In this document: one piece after another, positions 23,601-34,500 of the stretch
Position numbering within the stretch: position 1 is the stretch's first letter
Layout: each line of letters begins with the position of its first letter
DNA from: Amoebophrya sp. A120
Lineage: Eukaryota > Protista > Dinoflagellata
Assembly: GCA_905178155.1 (NCBI GenBank)
Contig: CAJINV010000003.1
Span: 7,546,198-7,610,197, forward strand
Length of the DNA: 64,000 nucleotides
Reading direction: 5' to 3'
Notes under the pieces: generated by a model
What the model was told of the DNA's origin: nothing
Database searches by the model: none
What the model saw: only the letters and a program-made list of their open reading frames with translations
Program-made: the position numbers and the translations under genes

Positions 23601-26600
23601 GGAATGCCAAAAATGCGACCCCCGCCTCTATCTGCGGAAACTGACATACTCAAAATAAATTACTTCCTCTTCTGGAAATTTTTGCCGAGTTCGTCCGCGG
23701 ATACTTTCGAATATTCGGAATCGCTTCAAAATAGGCAGGCAGGAGTTTGGAAACTGTCGAAGGTTTTGCCAGCTTTTCGAATATTCCCGAATATTCGGAA
23801 TCGCCGGAATCAGAGGCGGCGAGACTTCAAATCCTTGCCAAGTTTTTCAACAATTGGGAACGCCAAAAATGCGACCCCCGCCTCTATCTGCGGAAACTGA
23901 CATACTCAAAGTAAATTACTTCCTCTTCTGGAAATTTTTGCCGAGTTCGTCCGCGGATACTTTCGAATATTCGGAATCGCTTCAAAATAGGCAGGCAGGA
24001 GTTTGGAAACTGTCGAAGGTTTTGCCAGCTTTTCGAATATTCCCGAATATTCGGAATCGCCGGAATCAGAGGCGGCGAGACTTCAAATCCTTGCCAAGTT
24101 TTTCAACAATTGGGAACGCCAAAAATGCGACCCCCGCCTCTATCTGCGGAAACTGACATACTCAAAGTAAATTACTTCCTCTTCTGGAAATTTTTGCCGA
24201 GTTCGTCCGCGGATACTTTCGAATATTCGGAATCGCTTCAAAATAGGCAGGCAGGAGTTTGGAAACTGTCGAAGGTTTTGCCAGCTTTTCGAATATTCCC
24301 GAATATTCGGAATCGCCGGAATCAGAGGCGGCGAGACTTCAAATCCTTGCCAAGTTTTTCAACAATTGGGAACGCCAAAAATGCGACCCCCGCCTCTATC
24401 TGCGGAAACTGACATACTCAAAGTAAATTACTTCCTCTTCTGGAAATTTTTGCCGAGTTCGTCCGCGGATACTTTCGAATATTCGGAATCGCTTCAAAAT
24501 AGGCAGGCAGGAGTTTGGAAACTGTCGAAGGTTTTGCCAGCTTTTCGAATATTCCCGAATATTCGGAATCGCCGGAATCAGAGGCGGCGAGACTTCAAAT
24601 CCTTGCCAAGTTTTTCAACAATTGGGAACGCCAAAAATGCGACCCCCGCCTCTATCTGCGGAAACTGACATACTCAAAGTAAATTACTTCCTCTTCTGGA
24701 AATTTTTGCCGAGTTCGTCCGCGGATACTTTCGAATATTCGGAATCGCTTCAAAATAGGCAGGCAGGAGTTTGGAAACTGTCGAAGGTTTTGCCAGCTTT
24801 TCGAATATTCCCGAATATTCGGAATCGCCGGAATCAGAGGCGGCGAGACTTCAAATCCTTGCCAAGTTTTTCAACAATTGGGAACGCCAAAAATGCGACC
24901 CCCGCCTCTATCTGCGGAAACTGACATACTCAAAGTAAATTACTTCCTCTTCTGGAAATTTTTGCCGAGTTCGTCCGCGGATACTTTCGAATATTCGGAA
25001 TCGCTTCAAAATAGGCAGGCAGGAGTTTGGAAACTGTCGAAGGTTTTGCCAGCTTTTCGAATATTCCCGAATATTCGGAATCGCCGGAATCAGAGGCGGC
25101 GAGACTTCAAATCCTTGCCAAGTTTTTCAACAATTGGGAACGCCAAAAATGCGACCCCCGCCTCTATCTGCGGAAACTGACATACTCAAAGTAAATTACT
25201 TCCTCTTCTGGAAATTTTTGCCGAGTTCGTCCGCGGATACTTTCGAATATTCGGAATCGCTTCAAAATAGGCAGGCAGGAGTTTGGAAACTGTCGAAGGT
25301 TTTGCCAGCTTTTCGAATATTCCCGAATATTCGGAATCGCCGGAATCAGAGGCGGCGAGACTTCAAATCCTTGCCAAGTTTTTCAACAATTGGGAACGCC
25401 AAAAATGCGACCCCCGCCTCTATCTGCGGAAACTGACATACTCAAAGTAAATTACTTCCTCTTCTGGAAATTTTTGCCGAGTTCGTCCGCGGATACTTTC
25501 GAATATTCGGAATCGCTTCAAAATAGGCAGGCAGGAGTTTGGAAACTGTCGAAGGTTTTGCCAGCTTTTCGAATATTCCCGAATATTCGGAATCGCCGGA
25601 ATCAGAGGCGGCGAGACTTCAAATCCTTGCCAAGTTTTTCAACAATTGGGAACGCCAAAAATGCGACCCCCGCCTCTATCTGCGGAAACTGACATACTCA
25701 AAGTAAATTACTTCCTCTTCTGGAAATTTTTGCCGAGTTCGTCCGCGGATACTTTCGAATATTCGGAATCGCTTCAAAATAGGCAGGCAGGAGTTTGGAA
25801 ACTGTCGAAGGTTTTGCCAGCTTTTCGAATATTCCCGAATATTCGGAATCGCCGGAATCAGAGGCGGCGAGACTTCAAATCCTTGCCAAGTTTTTCAACA
25901 ATTGGGAACGCCAAAAATGCGACCCCCGCCTCTATCTGCGGAAACTGACATACTCAAAGTAAATTACTTCCTCTTCTGGAAATTTTTGCCGAGTTCGTCC
26001 GCGGATACTTTCGAATATTCGGAATCGCTTCAAAATAGGCAGGCAGGAGTTTGGAAACTGTCGAAGGTTTTGCCAGCTTTTCGAATATTCCCGAATATTC
26101 GGAATCGCCGGAATCAGAGGCGGCGAGACTTCAAATCCTTGCCAAGTTTTTCAACAATTGGGAACGCCAAAAATGCGACCCCCGCCTCTATCTGCGGAAA
26201 CTGACATACTCAAAGTAAATTACTTCCTCTTCTGGAAATTTTTGCCGAGTTCGTCCGCGGATACTTTCGAATATTCGGAATCGCTTCAAAATAGGCAGGC
26301 AGGAGTTTGGAAACTGTCGAAGGTTTTGCCAGCTTTTCGAATATTCCCGAATATTCGGAATCGCCGGAATCAGAGGCGGCGAGCCTTCAAATCCTTGCCA
26401 AGTTTTTCAACGCTCGGGAATGCCAAAAATGCGACCCCCGCCTCTATCTGCGGAAGCTGACATACTCAAAATAAATTACTTCCCCTTCTGGAAATTTTTG
26501 CCGAGTTCGTCCGCGGATGCTTTCGAATATTCGGAATCGCTTCAAAATAGGCGGGGGTCGCATTTTTGGCATTCCCAAGCGTTGAAAAAGTTGGCGAGGG

Positions 26601-29094
26601 TTTGACGCCTCGCCGCCTCTGGTTCCGGCGATTCCGAATATTCGAGAATATTCGCAAAGCTGGCAAAACCTTCGACAGCCTCCAAGCCCCTGCCTGCCTA
26701 TTTTGAAGCGATGACTGCGATCGCCGTGCCGTGCGGATTCGCGACGCCGGCAACCTCTTGCGACCGCCAGCCCGCACGGTGTGGCGCAAAAGAAAAAAAC
26801 TCGCCAAAATTTACAAAACTAATTGCGGCCGCCGTGCCGCGCGGATTCGCGAAGCCGGCGACTTCGCCAGAAAGCAAGCCCGCACGCTATGGCGTGAACA
26901 AAGAAAATCCGCCAAAAGTCGCAAAACCGACTGCGGGCGCCGTGCCGTGCGGATTGGCGAAGCCGGCAACTTCTTACGAAGCCCAGCCCGAACGGTATGG
27001 CGCGAAAGGAAAAAACCCGACAAAATTTACAAAATTAATTGCGGCCGCCGTGCCGTGCGGATTCGCGAAGCCGGCAGCTTCGCCAGAAAGCCAGCCCGCA
27101 CGGTATGGCGCGAACCAAGAAAATTCGCCAAAAGTCGCAAAACCGACTGCGGGCGCCGTGCCGTGCGGATTGGCGAAGCCGGCAGCCTCTTACGAAGCCC
27201 AGCCCGCACGGTATGGCGCGAAAGAAAAAAAATCGCCAAAATTCACAAAATAAACTGCGGCCGCCTTTCCATGCGGATTTGCGAAGCCGGCAGGTTCGCC
27301 AGAAAGCCAGCCCGCACGCTATGGCGCGAACGGCGAAAATTCGCAAAAAGTCGCAAAGCCGACCGCGGACGCCGTGCCGTGCGGATTGGCGAAACCGGCA
27401 ACCCCATACGAAGCCCAGCCTGCACGGTATGGCGCGAAGCAAAAAACTCGCCAAAATTTAAAAAACTGACTGCGACCGCCGTGCCGTGCGGATTCGCGAA
27501 GCCGGCAGCTTCGCCAGAAAGCCAGCCCGCACGCTATGGCGCGAACAAAAAAAAACTGCAAAAAGTCGCAAAACCGACTGCGGGCGCCGTGCCGTGCGGA
27601 TTGGCGAAACCGGCAACCCCCTACGAAGCCCAGCCCGCACGGTATGGCGCGAATGGACGAAATTCGTCACAAAAATAAAAAAAGCAGGCGATCACCGTAC
27701 CGCCCTGATTCGCGCGGATTGCTGACCTGCCCTGAAGCTAATCCGCATGGTATTGCGGCAATTTATTCTTGTTGTTTTGTTTTGCGTTTATTGTTGACAA
27801 TAAAAGTCCCACCGTGATTCGCGCGGGTTGCTGATCTGTCCTGAAGCTAATCCGCATGGTATGGCGGCAATTTTTTTTGTTGTTTTGTTTTGCTTTTATT
27901 GTTGACAATAACAATTCTTATTTAATTATTTTTTTTCTGACCTGTCGGCTTTTTTCTTTGGGATATTGAAGCAACAGTGCGTAGTACGCCGGGCTTCCCC
28001 TTCTTTGGATCGACCAGAAATGCGCCGGTATCGTTGAACACGCCAGACCGGCCTTGAAACTCTTTCACCGCCACGCCCTTGAGCGCCACGATTTTTGGAT
28101 TCTTCTCGTCGACATACCCATCCTTGTTCAGCAAAGCCTCGCGCGGGTACTTTTTCGCAGTCTCGCCGAACACAGACACGTCCAGCTCCGTCTCGGTCTC
28201 GTCAACAACGGTAAACTGATACTTCGTGTACTGAACGCCGTTCTTTGTCCAGGTGCGGGTTTCCTCCACCTTGTTGACCACTCCGATCACGTCGATATTG
28301 CAGGGCAAGGGCCGGGTTCGCAGCTCCCGCAGGTTCGAAAAATCAAAGCTCGCAATGGTGCCGATACTGCCGTCATCCTCCACCGCTTCGACGACACTTC
28401 CGCCGTTGAACTGAATCTCATACTCGTGCTTCTGCTGGTTGTACGCTTTGTTCGCTACCTGACCATTCGCTTTTTGGTGCTGGTGTTTCCGCTTGCATTT
28501 TCACTCTTCCTAATCATCTTTTCGGAAACCGAAACCCTGCCAACACGTGTTGCACGTTAGGATTCGAGAGGTAGCAGGAAGAGGAACAGCTTTCTGTTCC
28601 GCATGCTTAAGTACGATATCTTGTTTTGAGGCCTCGAAATAGAAATACCACATTAGCTGTACCTTAACGAGGCCTTTGCTAAATTTGAAGACTTTCGGGG
28701 GCTCGACGAAGTTGAACTTTGTGACGGCGTCGTTGAAAAAGGATGCTCGAATCTCACCGCCGTCCTGGTCTATCAAGTCGACACTGAAAACCTGATCAGG
28801 AAATACAATTCCGACGCGTGTGCATCAGTCACACAAGAAAAGAGAAATCCGATGGAAGATCGCAAGCATCATCATACAAATTGGTTCTCCTTGATTTAGC
28901 CAAGCACAACGAACTAAGTAGATGGATCTGAAGATGCGAAAAAAGTGATATCTTACCTGTCCAGCGTTTTTCTGACCATCAGCTTGTTTCTTGTCCCAGG
29001 TTCGCGTCTGAGATCTCGTTAGCACCCGCGCACATATCGTCCAGTTCTTGTGGTAAGGAGTCACCTCCTCTATGGGGAAGTAGCCGTCGGGCAT
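20697..29094 (-). CDS. RPA1: Replication protein A large subunit (DBD-A, B and C), probably short form lacking the N-terminal domain
   Basis: PIEEVTPYHKNWTICARV..RSQTRTW, GEIRASFFN, IDVIGVV, IVALKGVAVKEFQGRS, WYEACP...CNKKV Zn region and ETYEGDTR C-terminus. Intron 21810-27987 (GT-AG) contains a 6-kb element. Confidence 0.92.
22240..22750. repeat. Left-arm ~108-bp subterminal repeats (alternating A/B, ~216-bp dimer), about 5 units
   Basis: Recurring cgccataccgtgcgggctgg...gccggcttcgc(c/g)aatccgca every ~108 bp; reverse complement of the right arm. Confidence 0.85.
22752..26550. repeat. 256-bp tandem satellite, about 15 units
   Basis: ORF track repeats at exactly 256-bp spacing (23342 to 26158). 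Central units look identical and edge units are diverged or partial. An inverted partial unit follows at 26551-26710. Confidence 0.97.
26715..27680. repeat. Right-arm ~108-bp subterminal repeats, about 9 units
   Basis: Recurring gccgtgccgtgcggatt(c/g)gcgaagccggca...cccgcacggtatggcgcgaa; inverted relative to 22240-22750. Confidence 0.88.
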
Positions 29095-30295
29095 TTTCAA
29101 CTATCTACGGGAAGAGAGTTAGTTACAAGATAAAAGGCATAGCAAGAGCTACAACATAAAAGGCATGGGAAGGTTGTCTTTCCGGTTCGCAATCCAAAAA
29201 TATCCACCACTTTTTTCTCTTTCCTATGTTCAAAAACCGCTTGCGACTTCGAAGGTGCTGCAGTTCAATACTTTACATTTTCGTTGCCTTTTGTCCATTC
29301 TTTGCCGTTTGAAGTGCACTCTTTGCTACATTCACGATTGGTTTCAACTGTCACACACTCGCTGCGAAGAAAGTGCTTCTTCATCGCGTATCAACATTTC
29401 GAAACATTTAATATTTTTTCTATCTTTATGTATGTGCACGACGATCACGCCCAGCTTTTGCTGGAGCCAGCGCATCTCAGAAAAAAAACTGAGATTTTTG
29501 TCAGCATCAACACAGCATGTCCAGTGGTCACCTCCACGAACTTCACACAACGCATTGTTTGTCACACAAGGGCGACGTCACATAAGTTTTTACAATCGAT
29601 CTACGTACTTCCAGAAACGAAGCGAAAGCAAAAGCTGTCTTGTCTGCATTGGTTGTCAACAAGGTACAGGTGCTAGTTCATTCATTGTACAGCAGAGTTC
29701 ATTTTGCCTCGCCAAGAGAAACGCGCTCGTCGCCCTGGATGACCGACGACGACACGTACGATGATATTAATTTTCCTTTGTCATGCCAATGATGCACATC
29801 TGCACCGCTGATGTATTAAGAAGAAGTTAAGTACCGCTCAAAACCGCAAAGTTCTGTTTATAGTCAAACTTGGCAAATTCAGAACCAAAAAACTGTTCTA
29901 CTACACACCTCGTGCTGCAGCGCTATCGTGCAAGCCCACACTGAGGCTGGCCTCGTGCATTGTTTTTTGCTCCTATCGTGAAAATCGAGCACGAGCATCT
30001 ATCATGAAACAAACGCTACAGACACCACAGCACGCGCCGATGAGATCGATGAAACATAGTTGTTGCTAAGAAATGGTGTAGTTGCTGGTTTCTTCATTTC
30101 GATTACAGATTCCTTCCGTGGCACGAGTACGGCCTTTGCCATGATGCTACTGTTAGTGTTTCTGTTTGTACGCGAATAATAGAAAATAGTGTTTGATGCG
30201 TTGCTGCTTGAAATAATCCAAGCTTGCATTTATGACGATCATTTGTATTTCATTCATTGTACAAACCGCACTCGCGGCGGCCCTGCGGATTTTTG

Positions 30296-30490
30296 TCACA
30301 TCAGGATGATGTTCCTCACACGATCAGAATCCGCGTCGTTGCTCGAGGCTGACGTGGGCGGAGCGGCTTTTCGTATCTTGCTCAACTGCTCCGCCTCCAG
30401 CGGCGACAGAATCTGCCCGGCATGCACCGTAGTGGCAAATAGCGATGGCGGGGGCGGCAAATTGTTTAAGCTGCGCGTGCTACTCTCCAT
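30296..30490 (-). CDS. Possible exon of a small hypothetical gene
   Basis: ATG-initiated frame MESSTRSLNNLPPPP... with coding-like composition; no family match and splicing unresolved. Confidence 0.25.
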   Translation of the reverse strand: MESSTRSLNNLPPPPSLFATTVHAGQILSPLEAEQLSKIRKAAPPTSASSNDADSDRVRNIILM

Positions 30491-30642
30491 CAGACTGTCG
30501 CCACCGTGCAGACGCGATGTGGTACCTAGGGATATGAAGATGATCAAGTAGTGTTTATGGGGCGTCTTTGCCGCGTATGCGTGGTAAATGCGACCAGCGT
30601 AATAAGTAAATTCATATACCAAATATAGCCGCCGGGGCGGGG

Positions 30643-31314
30643 GTAGTGAGGTCGTGGGCGTTTTTTTTTCCGACCGCCGCCATGGCCGCGGCTTTGCTTT
30701 TTCTGGGCTCGCCATACCGCCGTGAGTAACGTTATGCCGCACGGTATGGCGGTCACTTGAGAAACATCACAAATTTTGGCACATTTCCAAAATTCCTTTC
30801 CGAAAGCGAGCCTTTATGCTATGGGGCCGATCCGGGCGCCACGGGGGGCGCCCAAAAAGCGAAGAAAAATCGGGCCCGTAGCATGCGGGTTGGCTTTGCG
30901 CGTCTGGCGCGCTTTTTCTCTTTTGCGTTTTTATTTTTCACGCCGGCGCTTTTTGCAAAGCTCCCCAGGCTCTGAAGCCGGCGAAAAGGCGGCCGCTTTC
31001 GCGGCCGCCCAAAATGCTTCGAAATCGCGGCCGTGCCATGCTGTTTCGCTGTTCTGATTTTGGGCGCGTTTTTTGCGCGCCTCTTTTTGGGCGCCCCAAA
31101 TCGCCAGAAACTAAGGCGGTGGGCTCCGCAGAAGGGCGCCCCTTTTGCCGGCTCCCCTGCGTCGTTTTATCAAGTGCGAATCGATAGTTTTCGCTTGATA
31201 ATTGAAATTTTTTTATGTCAAAAAACGCTTTCGGCCGCTTGAAAACTGCCGGTCGTTTTGCTGGCTGGGTGTCAAAAAAACTCCCCGGTTAGAGCCGTTC
31301 GGTGACCTCACTAC
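30643..31314. mobile_element. Possible degenerate TIR element related in texture to the foldback arms
   Basis: 11-bp IR gtagtgaggtc/gacctcactac; internal cgccataccg/cggtatggcg motifs shared with the foldback subrepeats; no TSD found. Confidence 0.35.
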
Positions 31315-31546
31315 ATATTATCGTTTACGGGCACGCACCAGCGTCCTATACCTATTCATACATAAGAGTAAAGATAGTGCCTCGCTCTCGCTCATCAATT
31401 TGTTCTGCATTTCGGGTACAGCTATACTTCCGCATCGGCACATAAGTAAGCCCATAACGAGTCCAATCGTCCAACTGTCACATCATAACCATAAGTACAC
31501 TCACAGCAGAGCATAAACATCCTGATCCTCGCGGCTCGAATCACAT

Positions 31547-34500
31547 TCACAAAACACATACTAGCTCTAGCCGACACATGATTAGAAATGATAATGAATC
31601 GCGAGAGGGCGAGACTGCATCAAGCGTATTACGTCGAAATGAAACAAAGACCAGTATTAAAAAAATACTCATGTAGGAGCTCATGTGTGATCGTGACTGC
31701 TTCGTCGGACTGAGTGAGGTGCTCGTGTCATAACTGTTCGGGGGCCATGCCTGCTTTTTCGCGGGTCTGGTACCGCGCTGCCGGTTATTGCGCGCTGCTG
31801 CTCCTGCCTGCTGCTTCAGAACGCCGTGAACCGCCGGCATGCTGCCATGCTGAAACTGACTGCTTGTCGACGGGCCCGCCGCCAGCTCTGTTCCCGGGTG
31901 GAACTCGGCATTGTAGCTTCCCGCAGGGCCTCCCGCACCTGTACTAGCTCCCCCCGACGGCCCCGCGGCGCCCGACACCATAGTTCCTGTAGTGCTGCTG
32001 GCGCCGGACTTGTTGTGCGTGCCGTCAATGAAATCTCGGTCCTTCTGCTTCGCGCGATGAAAGTTGTTGCTGCTGGAGGACAACGACGCCGAGTGTGCCT
32101 TTTTGCGATCGTAGTTCGGAAAAAGGTCGTACAGATCTGCGGCGTGCCGATGGTACGTCGGCTCATCGACTCCGGGAAGGACTTTCTTGTTGCGCGGGTG
32201 CTCAATACTGCTCTCCGCAACGGACGAAAACATCAGACTGTCGAAATGATCACTGCCCGACGTCGTGGCCAGGTACTGCTGCTGGGACTGCGACTGCGCT
32301 CCCGGGGGGTGAGTCGTGGACGGTATGGCCCCCGCTGTGGATGCCATAGACGTAGTGTTCCATGATTGCTGTGTGGTGTTCTTGGAGCTTGTCGTCGGCG
32401 AACTGTTTCGCGTCGGGTGCGCCGGGAGCTGCGTCGATTGACTTAAGTGCTGTTGGTTGATGTTCTGGTGGTGCAGAAAAGAGATCTGGCTCGAGGAAGA
32501 CGAGCCCCCCGCCGCACCGCCGCCGCCGATCGCCAGCATGTTGGGGCCGATCATGTTGACGCGCTTGCCGCGGTCGGGGCTCCGAGACATCGCGGCGTGC
32601 GCGTGGACCGCTAGGATGTGCATGATCACGCTCAAGTCCTTGGTGCGCACGTCGCAGAACGAGCCCATGCGGTCACAAAGCGTCCGCCACTCCTCCAGTT
32701 TTGCGACGTTGAACCGGGTGCGGAACCCGAGCCAAACTTCCAGTCCCTGTCGCAGCGTCCGGCCCGGCCACTCGAGCAGCTTCTCGAGCTTCGGCAAAAA
32801 CCGCACGTCGTCTACTTTCTTCATGAACTTGGTCCAGTTCGCCAGCTGCTCCAAATTTTCCCCCTGAAAGACCTGAATCTGCATGTACTCCCGCAGGGAC
32901 ACCAGAAACGTTTTCAGCAAATCCAGTTCCTCCAGCGGAATGCGCTTCTCCGTGTCGTCGTCACTTTCGTCATCTTCGATCACCGGGTTTATTGCGGAGT
33001 TTGGATCGACTAGCGCGACGGTGGAGGAGGTCGCGCCTAGTAGGCGCGCCGTGCTCGTGGTGCTCTCCTCCAGCAGCTGCTGGCTGCTATGGGGCGAATT
33101 GATGGTGGCCACGCCCGAAGTGCTGCGGCTTTGCTGCTCCCAGGGCTGCCGACTGTTAAAGAAGACTGACCGCCAGAAGTCAACGAGCGCGAACACTGTT
33201 TGCTCGTCTCGCGCGTCGTAGTAGGTCAAATTGAGCCCCCGACACACGATCCTGCCGGCCTCGAGCGCGAATTTTTCGTTCAATTTCTGCGTGCCACCCT
33301 CGGACTTGGAGCCGTCCCCGCCGGACGTCAGGCTGGAGGTGTTCTGGCTACCGGACCCGCCACCAAATCCGTCCGCACCCCCTATCCGCGACGACTCCAG
33401 CTTGGCGACCGCTTTCTCAATACTCCCCACTTCCTCGCACGCGTGCACGAGCCGCACCAGCTGTCCGCGGTGCTTTTCATCGTCGAGCACTTGTGCGAAC
33501 ATGGGCGACGCCCGGAGCAGCGACATGGAAAACAGCTGCGTTTGCACTTTTGTGAGATCCACGCCACGGACAAGCCACAGAAATACGTCCAGGCCCCCGT
33601 TCTCGAGAAGTACTTTCAAGAAAGCCTTCAGCGGCGAAAACTTGTAGAACGCCTTTGCGCCAAGAGTACGGTGGGCCTCCGTGGAGAGTGCCGCAATGTC
33701 CTCTGCGTCTCGCGGTGGGAGCAGAGTCTTTCCCGAGGACATGACCGCCACCTCGCTGGCGAAGGGGGGCGGCTTCACGTCGGGCGCGAGGGAACCAAAC
33801 TTTTCGTAAAACTTCTTTTCTGTCTTCGTCTGATTGGCTTTCTGGGGCACGGTGATGTCCTTCGCCTGGCCGCCGGTACCGGTGGCATCGTCCGCAGAGG
33901 AAATCACCTGGGCCATTTTCAACGCATCGACGGCCAGCAGGAACTCCGTCATGTCGCAACCTTCCACGCACTTCAGAAAGAACGCGGCGCCGCGAAACTG
34001 CTTCACCTTTTTTATCAGCTTGAACCAGTCTCGCCACGTGTCGTCAGCGAGAGTGTCCGCGTCGAACCCGGGCGGGAGCTCCCCTAGGGGCTGGTTCAAT
34101 TTCGTCGGTGACGGGGTGGACCACAAAGGACTGCGGTTTCGGTTGGCCCGGGTCTTCGTCGGCGTCGTCTCGCCGACGTCCTCCCACGCCTCGCGGCCAA
34201 ACATGGTTGCCACACTCCCCGGCGGCAATTCCTGTTCCGCCTCGCGCGACTTCGCGCGCCAAGCTGCGGTCATGCTCGCAGCCTCGTCGCGGCCCGGGGA
34301 CGCCGACAACTGCCGGTCCAACCGACTCCGCACGGGCGAATACTCCCGCCGTGAATCGCCCAAGAGAGTCTCGTGGTTTTCCGGCACATTACACGCATAC
34401 TTGAAGTTCCGTTTTCCCACAATACCGCACTGATGCAGAATCGTCAAACAGTTCTTGAAGTTCTCGGACCGGCCCTGAAAGGCGTTATGCAGGTCCCCGA

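Larger units (their letters stand above)
21943..27965. mobile_element. Giant non-autonomous foldback element (6,023 bp) inside an RPA1 intron
   Basis: TSD TTGAA (21938-21942, 27966-27970). Ends CATCCCAAAG... and ...CTTTGGGATA. Inverted arms of about 0.8-1.4 kb built from about 108-bp subrepeats, with a central 256-bp tandem array. Confidence 0.92.

Noticed and set aside
23342-26460. Twelve near-identical 100-aa ORFs on the plus strand
   Set aside because: By-product of the 256-bp satellite; non-ATG starts, overlapping copies and no protein-like features.
22752-26550. CRISPR-like array
   Set aside because: Units are full tandem repeats with no unique spacers, no cas genes, and the context is eukaryotic.
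26711-27678. 315-aa and 180-aa repetitive ORFs as a possible transposase
   Set aside because: They are translations of the 108-bp subrepeats and show no DDE, HUH or tyrosine-recombinase motifs.
21810-27987. Giant element as an exonic introner of RPA1
   Set aside because: Removing only the element leaves a frame that hits TAA about 20 codons later; a flanking GT-AG intron restores RPA1 homology, so the insertion is intronic.
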